Positions 37,943 to 49,100 of a stretch of 64,000 nt of DNA are shown one piece after another; within the stretch, counting starts at the first letter, position 1, and each line of letters opens with the position of its first letter. The DNA is taken from positions 1,947 to 65,946 of IMG/VR virus record IMGVR_UViG_3300015202_000005, one strand, 5' to 3'. The translations under genes were made by a program, and so were the position numbers. The notes under the pieces were generated by a model. The model searched no databases and had not been told where the DNA came from. It saw nothing but the letters and a program-made list of their open reading frames with translations. This DNA is from a virus.

Positions 37943-37974
37943 TGTGTTTTTAATAATAATTTAATTTAGAAAAA

Positions 37975-38760
37975 ATGGGCTTTATTAGCTTAGCAGGAAG
38001 TGGTAGCATAGTTGCTACAAGTGGAAAGAAAACAACTGACACAGTACCTTTAATTTATCCATCTACAAATGATGGCGCACCAATGGTTTCTATTAGTGCA
38101 GGTATGTTGGAATTTATGGGATTACATAAAAGACAACGTATTAACAGCCTAGTTATCATTGATAACGAAGAGGCACATAAAACTTTTGGGACAACTAACG
38201 TACAGCAAAAACCGTTAGGTGGTGTAAAAACAATTACAGTTCTTCTAACAAAAGGCGTGTTGTCTAACTATGACGTTTTTGAAGACAAAGTTAGAGCATC
38301 AATGGGTGTTGAAGAATTTAAAGCAGATGGTGCAGCTGCAATTAACAAATTTATGGATGGCGCGGTACGTACTAAATCAGTAGGTGACCGTATTCTTTCA
38401 AATGGTTTTAGTTCAACTAATACTGTAAGAGCATTACGTTCTTCTGATGGTGGTCGTTTGAATTACACAGTATCAACAATTTATGGCGTAGCTGTAATAG
38501 ATGAAAAAGGAACAGAAATTATTATTACAAAAGAAACACCATTAACATTACCTGCTTTAGCATATTATCATTTAGTAACCAATGATGTTGGTTCTTTTGA
38601 CGTTGTAAAAAACCATAACGTTAAAGAGGTCTTGACACACAATCCTTTCTTTGTGTTAATACCTACTGAAGTTAAAAGTAAAGTAGAAAAAACCACAGAA
38701 GTTGATAGCTTAGATGAATTAGAAGAATATAACTTTAGTGCTGATAACACAACACTTTAA
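37975..38760 (+). CDS. hypothetical protein (abundant-protein codon usage, acidic tail)
   Basis: 261 aa followed by a terminator. Confidence 0.7.
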   Translation: MGFISLAGSGSIVATSGKKTTDTVPLIYPSTNDGAPMVSISAGMLEFMGLHKRQRINSLVIIDNEEAHKTFGTTNVQQKPLGGVKTITVLLTKGVLSNYDVFEDKVRASMGVEEFKADGAAAINKFMDGAVRTKSVGDRILSNGFSSTNTVRALRSSDGGRLNYTVSTIYGVAVIDEKGTEIIITKETPLTLPALAYYHLVTNDVGSFDVVKNHNVKEVLTHNPFFVLIPTEVKSKVEKTTEVDSLDELEEYNFSADNTTL

Positions 38761-38786
38761 GTTGTTAAACAATTATTATTAACAAG

Positions 38787-38814
38787 AAGCGGTGAATAAA
38801 ATCACCGCTTTTTT
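38787..38814 (+). terminator. intrinsic terminator
   Basis: AAGCGGTGA-ATAAAA-TCACCGCTT-TTTT. Confidence 0.85.
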
Positions 38815-38825
38815 AATTTAAAACA

Positions 38826-39635
38826 ATGTTAGATTTATTAAATGTAAAGGAAATACTCCCAAAGTTTCCTATTGAAACTTATTATAAAGAGTATAAAGAA
38901 AATAAGCGTGATAATCCATTTTCAACAGTAGTAATTGATGCAATTCATTTTGGCACATATGTTGATAAATCATTCACATTGTTACCTGGTATCCAGTTAG
39001 AGGCAAATAAAAAGCCTACTTCAAAACAAGTAACAGCGTCAAGCTATGTTCCAACTATTACTGTTGATCTAAAATCAGTAGATGGTTCATATGCCTGTTC
39101 TACTATTATATGGGGTCTTGACACTAAGATAGCTAAGGCTAAGGATATAAACAAATTGCAAAGAAGATTAGTTAATTTAGTTTTAGGTGTTGCTGATATT
39201 GATATGGAAGAATTAAAGAATCAGCTAAGTGTAGAACATTTGTCTGAATTAATAAACAAACCTATTGAAGTAATAGCAAGTGATACAATGACAGAAATTG
39301 ATGCTAAAGCATTGACAGTAAGTAATCAGTTTGAAGGTATTGTAGCTGTACTTAATCAAGATGGTTTTTTTCATAAAGGTAGCGAGAAGTTTCCTTATTG
39401 TGCAAAGTTAGTACGTAAATACAATGATGTTGTATACAATAATGTAGAACTTTGCAATCTAGGCTTTGTTATTCAAAAAGAAAAACCAGATATGGTTTTA
39501 AAAATTGAATTAACAACAAAAGATGTATATACTTTACATACAGCACCATCAGCTTCTTTAATAGCACCGCAAGCAAATTTACATAACGACATTGCATCAA
39601 GTTGGAGAGATGTTGACCCAAATGTACCATTCTAA
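38826..39635 (+). CDS. putative single-stranded DNA-binding protein
   Basis: Precedes the primase; C-terminal DVDPNVPF tail. Confidence 0.55.
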   Translation: MLDLLNVKEILPKFPIETYYKEYKENKRDNPFSTVVIDAIHFGTYVDKSFTLLPGIQLEANKKPTSKQVTASSYVPTITVDLKSVDGSYACSTIIWGLDTKIAKAKDINKLQRRLVNLVLGVADIDMEELKNQLSVEHLSELINKPIEVIASDTMTEIDAKALTVSNQFEGIVAVLNQDGFFHKGSEKFPYCAKLVRKYNDVVYNNVELCNLGFVIQKEKPDMVLKIELTTKDVYTLHTAPSASLIAPQANLHNDIASSWRDVDPNVPF

Positions 39636-39665
39636 GAGTTTTTCATGTATAAATAGATTTTGTTT

Positions 39666-39699
39666 AAGCCTGTATGCAATATGTGTACAGGCTTTTTTT
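39666..39699 (+). terminator. intrinsic terminator
   Basis: AAGCCTGTATGC-AATAT-GTGTACAGGCTT plus T-run. Confidence 0.8.
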
Positions 39700-39715
39700 A
39701 TATCTAATACAACTT

Positions 39716-40789
39716 ATGCTAAACTTTAATAAAATTGACAAAGATTATATCTTATCTAAAATTTCACAAATTGAACTATTTAGTTACTATCTACCTATAA
39801 GTATTAGTGATATACAAGATTGCCTTTATAAAAACAAACTTATATGTAGTCCACTAAGAACAGATAAAAATCCTACTTGTGGCTTTTATTCTGATTCTAA
39901 AGGTAAGATAAGATTTAGTGATTTTGCTGGGTTTTTTCATGGAGATTGTTTTGATGTAGTTGCATATCATAAAAACTTAAATGCTAGTAATAGTCGAGAC
40001 TTTAATATTATACTAGAATCAATAGCTATTGATTTTAAGTTAATACAAGGTGGAATTTCAACTAATACAGTTAATGTTTTAAATACTAATATTTATAAAA
40101 AAAAGAAACCTGTAATAACTGTCCAACCTAGAGAATGGAATATTACTGATATTTACTATTTTAACAAAGGTGGCATAACTACACATACATTAGATAAAAT
40201 GGGTGTGTATCCTGTATATATAGCTTGGATTAATGAAGAGATATTATACAGCTTTTCATTTAGAGACCCATGCTATGCTATTAGAGTAGGTTTTTATGAT
40301 GGTATTGATAATTGGAAATTATATTTTCCAACTAGAGAATCACATAGATTTATAACTAATAATAGATACATGATGTCTATGAATTTAATAACTAAAGCAA
40401 ACTTTGGTATAATAACTAAATCATTTAAAGACGTTGCCGTATTTAGACAAATGGGTATTCAAGCAATAGCTGTTGCAGGAGAAAGTATATATCCTTATTT
40501 AAAAGAAATAGAGTATATAAAATCTATGTGGACACATGTTTTTGTTTTAATGGATTTTGACTATACAGGCATAAAGATGACAAAGTATTTAAATAAGAAA
40601 TACAACTTTAAGTATTTCTTTTTTACTAATGGTAAATTTAATACATTTAACTATGAAGTAAAAGATGCTTTTGAATTTACATGTATGTATAATTTAAATA
40701 CATTAATAGAATTAGTTAAATATATTATAGAAAACAAAAACACAAATACATCAGATTATTATGACTTTTTAAATTATTTATTAAAGTGA
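39716..40789 (+). CDS. DnaG-like primase (TOPRIM)
   Basis: SPLRTDKNPTCGF N-domain, ITKSFKDV, AGES, MDFDYTG; start moved downstream of the terminator. Confidence 0.85.
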   Translation: MLNFNKIDKDYILSKISQIELFSYYLPISISDIQDCLYKNKLICSPLRTDKNPTCGFYSDSKGKIRFSDFAGFFHGDCFDVVAYHKNLNASNSRDFNIILESIAIDFKLIQGGISTNTVNVLNTNIYKKKKPVITVQPREWNITDIYYFNKGGITTHTLDKMGVYPVYIAWINEEILYSFSFRDPCYAIRVGFYDGIDNWKLYFPTRESHRFITNNRYMMSMNLITKANFGIITKSFKDVAVFRQMGIQAIAVAGESIYPYLKEIEYIKSMWTHVFVLMDFDYTGIKMTKYLNKKYNFKYFFFTNGKFNTFNYEVKDAFEFTCMYNLNTLIELVKYIIENKNTNTSDYYDFLNYLLK

Positions 40790-41271
40790 GAATATTACTA
40801 AAAGTTGATGAAAACGTTTATACTTATATCGAAGGTATAAACGAAGAGAAAGCACTACAATTTATAAAGATTGTAGAAATAAATCCTAATGTTATAGCAG
40901 TAATAGATGGAGTAAGATTTAGATTCTCAGATATTATAATAGGTTCTATTGATGAATTAGAACAATCTGAAGAATATATACATTCAATTACTTTACCTGT
41001 TATACTATGGAAAAAGAAGCCTATATGGTTTGTATATTGTTTAACTAAAAAAATAGTCAACTATAAGTTTGGACAAGTAATAACAAATAGTAAAAGTGGG
41101 TTTAGATATAATACACATAAAGAAATAGATGGGTATTATCATGTACTTGGTGCTGAACCAGGTATAAAAACATACGAAGAATTTATAAGGAACATTACAC
41201 AATTGTTATCACAAAAGTATGTGATAATATACAAATTAAATGAACATGGAGAACCCATTTCTTGTGGTTGA
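40786..41271 (+). CDS. hypothetical protein
   Basis: 161 aa, GTG start overlapping the primase stop. Confidence 0.55.
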   Translation: MRILLKVDENVYTYIEGINEEKALQFIKIVEINPNVIAVIDGVRFRFSDIIIGSIDELEQSEEYIHSITLPVILWKKKPIWFVYCLTKKIVNYKFGQVITNSKSGFRYNTHKEIDGYYHVLGAEPGIKTYEEFIRNITQLLSQKYVIIYKLNEHGEPISCG

Positions 41272-42103
41272 AATACCACAATACATTCGTTCTATAAAAA
41301 TAGCTAATAGTAGAAATGCTATTTACTACGAATGTGGTATAAATAGAGAAGTTTTACTTAAAAAAGGTAAAAAAGTAAAACAACAATATTTACATAATCA
41401 CGCAAAAACATTAGTAAAAGCAGGTAAAACTTTGTTTTATATTTATGACTTTGTACCTGATAAATATACAATAGGTATATATAAAGGCACAATATTAGTA
41501 GATTGGCTATTGTCCTATACTCATGTAAGCACTAATGCTGGTGTTAGTTTTGTAAGTTATAAAGATAAAAATGTTAAATTTAGAGTAATAGATATAGTAA
41601 CTAAAAAGCCTGTTATTGTAAACGAAAAAACAGTCGGTACACCTAGACATAAAATTATATCTGGACAAGATATATACAATGGAACTATTCGACCTGAAAT
41701 GCGTGCATCTATTATGCAAGCAATTAAAGAGGATTATATTAGTAAAATGCCAATTCTCCCTGTAATAGAGAAGTCCTTGCTACCTTGCTTAATTCAATTA
41801 ACAGTATATGACGTTATTGGAGATGGTACTTGGGATATTGATAATAGAAGTTTTCTTTACAGTAAAGCATTTAACGACTTAATGTGTAAAGGAACAACAG
41901 GTAAAAAGAATGGTAATAAACTACCAATTAAATACTTTACACCTATACTTCCTGATGACAATGTTAAATTTGTAACTCAAGCAGGTGGTGCTAGATTTAT
42001 AGAAGTAGAAAAAGAAGAAGAAAGAAAACTAGTATTTTCTTTTTATAAAGACAATTATGTACCACAATTTAAAATTAATAAACAACAAAAGTTATGGGGT
42101 TAA
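41240..42103 (+). CDS. RusA-like Holliday junction resolvase
   Basis: WDIDN...KAFNDL...ILPDDN pattern. Confidence 0.6.
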   Translation: MNMENPFLVVEIPQYIRSIKIANSRNAIYYECGINREVLLKKGKKVKQQYLHNHAKTLVKAGKTLFYIYDFVPDKYTIGIYKGTILVDWLLSYTHVSTNAGVSFVSYKDKNVKFRVIDIVTKKPVIVNEKTVGTPRHKIISGQDIYNGTIRPEMRASIMQAIKEDYISKMPILPVIEKSLLPCLIQLTVYDVIGDGTWDIDNRSFLYSKAFNDLMCKGTTGKKNGNKLPIKYFTPILPDDNVKFVTQAGGARFIEVEKEEERKLVFSFYKDNYVPQFKINKQQKLWG

Positions 42104-42972
42104 TAAATGAAAAATTGCAACAAGCAATTACTAAAGCTGATTTAGCTTTTGAAGCTGTAAAAGTACCATGTGCTTATAATGACTATAATGGAAATTATAG
42201 AGTATTTGGAAATAGATTTGTAACAACTAGAAAAGATAATGGTCATCCATTTGAAGTTGTATCAAGTACTTATAAGATTCGGCAACACGTTGAATCATTT
42301 AACTTTCTAGAAGATTTAGGAGTTGTTGATATTACAAAATGTGATTCAGTTAATTATGGTGCTAGAATGATTATCCAAGCTAAATTACCTAATAATTTGT
42401 TATTAGAGAATGGAGACGAAATTGGTAGATATATTACCTGTGTAAACTCACATGACAGAAGTAGTAGTTCTGTTATTACTATATCACCTATTAGGTTTAA
42501 ATGTATGAATCAGTTTAATATGTTTACTAGAAGTAAAGGTAAAGATGGTTGGATATCTATAAGACACAACGACCAATCTGATATTAAGTTTTCAGATATT
42601 AAAAAAATACTAGGATTAATAGACAATTCATTTGACAAAGTAGTAGAACAACAAAACAAGTTATTAGAAATTAATATAGAACGTAGAAACGTATCTGGAT
42701 ATGTACGTACACTATTTTGTACCAAAGAAGAATTAATTGCCTTTGAACAAAAAGGTGCAAATGCTTTTTCTAATACTAAGTTAACAAGGTTAAAAAATAT
42801 TGTTAAATGTTTTAACACAGGAACAGGTCAATCTGAATTAGAAGACAATGCTTATAGGTTTTTTAATGGTATTACATATTATCTAAACCATGAAGTTAAC
42901 AACAGTCCAACTGCTTTAATAGAAGGCACAAAAACAGAAATTATTAACAATTGTTATAAATTATTTATTTAA
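42094..42972 (+). CDS. DUF932 family protein
   Basis: VTTRKD...VVSSTY..RQH, NSHDRSSS..ISPIRFKCMN, NGITYYLNH. Confidence 0.8.
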   Translation: MGLINEKLQQAITKADLAFEAVKVPCAYNDYNGNYRVFGNRFVTTRKDNGHPFEVVSSTYKIRQHVESFNFLEDLGVVDITKCDSVNYGARMIIQAKLPNNLLLENGDEIGRYITCVNSHDRSSSSVITISPIRFKCMNQFNMFTRSKGKDGWISIRHNDQSDIKFSDIKKILGLIDNSFDKVVEQQNKLLEINIERRNVSGYVRTLFCTKEELIAFEQKGANAFSNTKLTRLKNIVKCFNTGTGQSELEDNAYRFFNGITYYLNHEVNNSPTALIEGTKTEIINNCYKLFI

Positions 42973-43430
42973 TGGAAAAGGATAAAGAAAAAGAACTAAT
43001 TGAATTAGTAGTTAAACACACAGTAGGATATACTGCTAAAATATTAACAGAAAGGTTGGATTATATTAATTCTTTAGTAGATGAAAATACTAAGTTAAAA
43101 CTTAGTAATAAAGAATTAACAATTGACGTAAATCAACTAACTACTAATTGTGAAGAATCAGATAATTATTGGAAAAAATCTATAATCCAAGTTAAAGGAT
43201 TAACAGCTGAACTTGAAGTTAAAGGAAGACACTATGACTATAAAGTAAAACAACTTGATTCATTGGAAAATAATTACAATAATTTAAATGATACATATAG
43301 AACATTACTAGCTAGTAAAATTGTACTAGATGTTTTATATAAAGATGCAATTGTAGATGGTAAAAAAGCAGCAAAAAGAATTGAAAGATTGTCAATAGAG
43401 AATAAAAGTTTAAAAGTAATTAAACAATGA
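42972..43430 (+). CDS. coiled-coil protein
   Basis: 152 aa with heptad pattern. Confidence 0.6.
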   Translation: MEKDKEKELIELVVKHTVGYTAKILTERLDYINSLVDENTKLKLSNKELTIDVNQLTTNCEESDNYWKKSIIQVKGLTAELEVKGRHYDYKVKQLDSLENNYNNLNDTYRTLLASKIVLDVLYKDAIVDGKKAAKRIERLSIENKSLKVIKQ

Positions 43431-44065
43431 ATAAATCATTAATGGGTATTCAAGAAGAATACATAAAAACAATTGAAGAATTAGAAGATTATTTAATTGA
43501 AAACGAAACTGATGTAATACCAGAAGAGTTTATCGAACGGTTAAATATTAACTCAAACGAAGTAGAAGAAAAGGTTGATAATTACAGACTTGCTATTAAT
43601 AGTATTTTATCTGAAAAAATAGCTATTGAAATAGAAGTTAAAAGATTAGAAGCTATAAAGAAAAAGAAAGAAAAAACAATTGAATATTTAAAACAACGAG
43701 TATTTGATGCTGTTGAATTATTTGGTAGTAAAAATGGTGAAAAAGGTGGACTAAAATTAAAAACTACAAAAAGTAGTGTAACATTAATTAGAAGTTCATC
43801 TGTTGTTATTGATGATATTAATATGATAGATGATATGTATATTAATGTAGAGTTTAATAAAATATCTGCTGATGCTTATGTAAAAATGACACACATACTA
43901 TTTGATTTAGGACAAGAAGCTATTTCACAGTTTTTCTTGAATTTGATTAAAGATAGAGTACCAGATAAAGTAGCAATTAAAAAAGCTATTGATGTACTTC
44001 CTGAAACAGAAATGTTTGAAGGTGCGCATATAGACAAAGTAGTAGGTTATATAAAATTTAGTTAA
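43427..44065 (+). CDS. Siphovirus Gp157-like protein
   Basis: EEKVDNY...EVKRLEAIKK...EYLK, PDKVAIKKAI...EGAHI. Confidence 0.8.
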   Translation: MNKSLMGIQEEYIKTIEELEDYLIENETDVIPEEFIERLNINSNEVEEKVDNYRLAINSILSEKIAIEIEVKRLEAIKKKKEKTIEYLKQRVFDAVELFGSKNGEKGGLKLKTTKSSVTLIRSSSVVIDDINMIDDMYINVEFNKISADAYVKMTHILFDLGQEAISQFFLNLIKDRVPDKVAIKKAIDVLPETEMFEGAHIDKVVGYIKFS

Positions 44066-44704
44066 ATGTTACACGTAGTTAATTTAGACGAATTGAATGT
44101 CTGGGCAAAGCAGCAAAACGCAATTATTACTCCAATCATAGATTCCAATATTACTGGGAAATCTCAAGTAATAGGATTTAAGACACCTAAAGATTCTATC
44201 TATTGTAAATTTCATATAGTTAAACCTATTATTAGTAAACAATTAACAGCTAAACTATATAAATGTTTAATTGATTTTACTATTAATAATCAAGATGTTG
44301 TTGGACATATAGACAACATAATAGATACTATTGTAATTAATTTACCAGAATCTTTAGAACAAATAGTAAGTAAAGAAATACTTATATTTGATAACAAAAT
44401 TGAAGTAATTAAAGATTACGATTTTGATAAAAAACAAAATGAACTAATAAATAATATTCTTAATTCTTATAAAGAGTTGATGATACTAGGATATGGTTTA
44501 ATTATTCCAGAACTTATTAATAATAACCATAAGAAGTATTTAAAGAATTGTATGTTTACTGAGAACGAAGCATTAAACTATGTATCTAAATACAAAAACA
44601 GATTTACTATTAATAAATGCAAACTACAAGGTTACGAACAATATTTTTTATTGTTTTGTAAAAACACAAATTCATACTATAAAAAAGACAACGATGGAAG
44701 ATAA
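44066..44704 (+). CDS. hypothetical protein
   Basis: 212-aa ORF in operon. Confidence 0.6.
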   Translation: MLHVVNLDELNVWAKQQNAIITPIIDSNITGKSQVIGFKTPKDSIYCKFHIVKPIISKQLTAKLYKCLIDFTINNQDVVGHIDNIIDTIVINLPESLEQIVSKEILIFDNKIEVIKDYDFDKKQNELINNILNSYKELMILGYGLIIPELINNNHKKYLKNCMFTENEALNYVSKYKNRFTINKCKLQGYEQYFLLFCKNTNSYYKKDNDGR

Positions 44705-45311
44705 AGTATTGCCTAGTTCAATAAGTCAGGTAGAAGAATTTCATACAGCATTTAACTGTGAAAATAAACAAACAATTATTACAGTTAAAACAAACACAGA
44801 TGTCAAACTAGTAAATCTAAGAATAGGATTAATACTAGAAGAATTAACAGAATTAATGTGTTGTTTTAATGAAGACGTATTAATAGAATCTCTTAGTTTG
44901 TTATTAAAAGCAAAAGCAGTAGTTAGTACAAAATTGCGAATAGTTGAAAACGTAGATATGCCAATAGATCAGAGAGAAATACTAGACGCACTGTGTGACT
45001 TACAATATGTACTAGATGGCACTAAATTATCATTTGGATATGGAGACATATTCGATGAAGCATTTGCAGCTGTACATAAAAATAATATGTCAAAATTATG
45101 TATTGACCACGAAGACGCAGAAGTTTCTGTAATGCATTACGACAAACTAGGAATTGAAACATTTATAGAACCTACACATTTAAACAAACATACTGTGCGA
45201 TATATTGTAAAAAGAAAATCAGATAATAAAGTACTTAAAAGTATAAACTATGTACCTGTTTTTAATGACTTGCAATGTATTGTAGATATTAAGAATAACA
45301 GAACAATTTAA
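44694..45311 (+). CDS. MazG-like nucleotide pyrophosphohydrolase
   Basis: VEEFHTAF, LILEELTEL, LDALCDLQYV, AVHKNNMSK, DNKVLKS. Confidence 0.85.
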   Translation: MEDKVLPSSISQVEEFHTAFNCENKQTIITVKTNTDVKLVNLRIGLILEELTELMCCFNEDVLIESLSLLLKAKAVVSTKLRIVENVDMPIDQREILDALCDLQYVLDGTKLSFGYGDIFDEAFAAVHKNNMSKLCIDHEDAEVSVMHYDKLGIETFIEPTHLNKHTVRYIVKRKSDNKVLKSINYVPVFNDLQCIVDIKNNRTI

Positions 45312-45338
45312 TTTTTAAACATTAAAATTTCATTTAAA

Positions 45339-45785
45339 ATGAATGTTACTAAAGCAGTAAGAAAAATTAAGACTACAAAAGTAGTTATTACTAGTAAAGA
45401 TTTACTATCACATTTACCGTTAAAAAATAACAGTAAAATTAGTAACGGCTCAGGTATATTACAACCTGATGAAGTAAACGACAAACCTCGTACTCCTAAA
45501 CAAAAACAGGAAGAGGAAGAAACACACAATTATAGCTTTGATGATAATGTTACTCCATTAGAAGAAGAGCATCCACTTGAAATCTTTAATTCTGATTTAG
45601 AACCAAAAGAAGAAGAGGAAGAAGACGACGAAGACGAAGATGATTTAGATGAAGAGGATGATGAAGATGATGAAGATAATTACTATGATGAAGGTAATTA
45701 CTATGATGCCGAAGATGAAGATGAAAATGAAGAGCCAGAAGAAAGAGAAGAAGAACAAGAATTAGTAACTAACGATCAAAATTAA
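45339..45785 (+). CDS. protein with basic N-terminus and highly acidic C-terminus
   Basis: EEEEEDDEDEDDLDEEDDEDDED tract. Confidence 0.7.
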   Translation: MNVTKAVRKIKTTKVVITSKDLLSHLPLKNNSKISNGSGILQPDEVNDKPRTPKQKQEEEETHNYSFDDNVTPLEEEHPLEIFNSDLEPKEEEEEDDEDEDDLDEEDDEDDEDNYYDEGNYYDAEDEDENEEPEEREEEQELVTNDQN

Positions 45786-45786
45786 T

Positions 45787-46075
45787 ATGAATAAAAAAAA
45801 TAGAAATTATGTATTTAGTTGGTATAATTAAAGATGTGCATACAGGCGATAGATATTGGACTGATTTACGTACTGTTAAACAAGAGGCTTTAGAAAATTA
45901 AACTAGACGTACAAATATAATAAAAGCTGTTGAAGCTGGTATGTATAAACAGTTTGATATTAAAGTAGATGCACAAACACTAGTTGATAATGAAATGGAC
46001 AGAGCAGAAGCTGATGGAATGGATTGGGCGCAAATGTGGCGTTCTGAGACACTTTCTTTTAAACCCAACAACTAA
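45787..46075 (+). pseudogene. interrupted reading frame, or two micro-ORFs
   Basis: Frame 45809-46075 is open except for one in-frame TAA at 45899; the ATG at 45787 is out of frame across an A8 run. Confidence 0.3.
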
Positions 46076-46122
46076 TACTAGGTTTTAATAATTACGTCTC
46101 TAATCGTTTCCAAACTAGCCAC

Positions 46123-46168
46123 AAAAGAAAAGCCGTATAGTCTCTCGATTGTACGGCTTTCTTTTTTT
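46123..46168. terminator. bidirectional intrinsic terminator
   Basis: A-run + AAGCCGTA...TACGGCTT + T-run between convergent modules. Confidence 0.88.
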
Positions 46169-46197
46169 AACCTACTATTAAAAAATTTATGCGGCTA

Positions 46198-49100
46198 CTA
46201 CTGTGTCTTTGATTTATCACCTATTAAATATCCGTATGTATCTTCTACATTTCTATTTATTTGATTTATATAAGGAAAGGCATGATTAAACTTATTCATT
46301 AGTTTATAATGTCCTTTTAATTTACCTGTTTTATAAACTTCTAATGGATGTATTAATTGTTCTGTAAATTTACCTACACTGTCAATTATATCCATACTAG
46401 CTGATAATGATTTAACATTACGCCATTGTTCTAATGGGTTTATATAACCTAATAATTCATTACGCATACGCATTGCTAAAAACAATAGAAAGTACGATGT
46501 AGGTCTTACAATTCCATCTTTAGGTAATTCCTTTCTAAAATGTGCAAACACCTCACTAAGTACAGCTAATGTAATTATACTTCCTAGTTCCCAACAAGCT
46601 CTACGTATATTAGCTACCTCCATTCTTGAGTATTCATTCATTACATCTCCATAAGCATTTTTAAGTTGTGTAAGCCTAGCTTTATTATACCATAACTCTT
46701 TACGTATTGCATAAACTGTTTTAGTTAATTCAACAGATGCTCTTATAGCTGATGTATATGTACCTTCTTGAAAATGTCCTTTAGCTCTACTGTAAAACAT
46801 ATCCTCTGATTTCAAATCTTTACGAGATATACCAACTGTACTAATACCTAATAACCGTTGTCTATATGTTTCAGGTAACCAACCTCTCATACTAAATACT
46901 AACTTAGCATAAAAATACATCTTAGCTAATGGTGTTTTACTTTCAGCATATTGTCCTTGTGATGATGCACGTAAATCAGCAATTTTTCTACTTACAACTT
47001 TTAATGATTGTTTATTTAAAGGTAAATTGTATTCACTCATTCGTAAATTACCAGCATGTGTAGGTGCGTCTATTGTCATTACACCATTTCTAGCTTTTAA
47101 TACATCATTAAGTGTTAATGCTTTGCTTTCATCTTCTGTTGTTCCTGTTGCTGTTACATATTGTCCTACTTCATTTAACAGTTTTACATCTAATAGTATA
47201 GCATACATAATTTCCCCTGTAATAGCATGCTCTCCTGCATTGTGCATAAATCCACCTAAATCACTATTTAAATACTGCTTTGCCATATTATCAGCACTAT
47301 ACCTTCTATTTATAGGCTGATTACCTTGATGTATATTTAGCTGTTCCATTAAAACATTAGTACGACTACGTTGTATAAAGTTTTGTTTATCTCTAAGTAA
47401 ATTAAACATCTGATAACCTTTTTCATTAGCAGCGTCTTGTTTTACTGCTAACAAGTCTCCAGCATATATTTTTCTACCTGCTTTTAATTTCTTTCTATTA
47501 AAATCCATACCACCAGCAGACTGTAATCTTAAATTCCATGTACCTGCAACATAGTTAACACCAGCACTTAAATAGTTAAATCCTAAAAATACTTGTGATG
47601 TATAATTAAGTGCAAGTTTAGTTACTCTGTCTGCTTGTTTATTTGTACGAGATTTAATACCGTATATTCTATTTTCAACTATACCTGTCATTAATTTATA
47701 AGCATTAGATTGATTTACATTTTGACTACTTTGTTCTAATACATCTGCTCTAGTTCCACTTAAATCTTGTTGTAATTTATTTAAACCACTAAACATACCG
47801 TTACTTTTTACTTTAGGAACTTCACGTAATCCTATTAAATCACGAGCCATTTCCATATCCTCTTTAATGTCTGTTTTATTAGCATAATTAGTAGCCATCC
47901 ATCTGTTTTGAACCATTAAAGATGGTACATCAAAAGATTGATTTTCATACTCATTTGCATACCTAAAATAAATAGGTACACTAAATCTAGTATCACCTTT
48001 CTCATTAGATGCTACAACTGATGTTCTATCTGCAATACTTTCTCTTGTATCTCCAGCTTGTTCTCCACCATAATCAGTAGATGTTTTTCTAACAAATGAA
48101 TTTTTAATATTTTGAGTTAATCCACCTACTACACCTTCTGTACCAAATCTCTCTGCATTTTCTTTTTGACTAGATGGTAGCTTTGTATTTGTAATTCTAC
48201 CACCTCTATATCTATAATCAGTATTTGATTTAGCCCAAACAGGTAATGCTTTATCATCTTCTTGTAAACCAGTTAATGATGTTTTATACATTTTCCATTC
48301 TTCACTACCTATAAAAGTAGGTTCATTTAAACCATTTAATTGCATACCTCCTTTTAGTTCTTCTTTTAACAATTCAGTATATTGAGGATTTAACCATTTA
48401 TCTATTGGTTTATCAATATCACTGTATTGAACATCATTTGCATATCTAAGTTTTACTCTACTATAACCTGGTCTAAATGTTGAATGTAAATCTGCATATT
48501 CATTATAATTTTTATTAACTATTGGATTAGATGCTAATAGTTTTGCAAATTCTGCTTCATTTTTATCATATATTGCACGTATTGTTTTAGGTAAAACACT
48601 GCTATCAAATATAACATCTTTTTTGTTTATATATTGTTTAGCATATTTATTTAATATAAATTTTCTTTTGTTTAATATAGGCTTTAATAACCTACGTTCA
48701 GCAATAGGTAAACTATCTATTACATCTGTATATTCTTTATTATACTGTTGTACTGTGTTTTCTCTTTTAAATTTTAAATATTTACTATAAGCCTTTTGTA
48801 CATCTTCATCTGTAAATTCAGAGTTACCTAGTTTGTTTTCATAGTCTCTATGTAATTCATCATATTGAAGTTTAAATTGACTGTGATACTCATTTACTAT
48901 ATGTTGACTACGTCTTAATGGGTTTTTTGTTATAGTGCCATCTTCATTATGTAACCATTCATGTTCTAACATTTTATCATACAATGTAAATACATCAGAA
49001 CTTTTTACTTTGTTTTGTAAATCTTTAAACAAACCTGCATAGTCTCTATAAGCCTGGTCTGTTACATGTTGTGTATCATAATCTTTACTATCTAAAGTTT

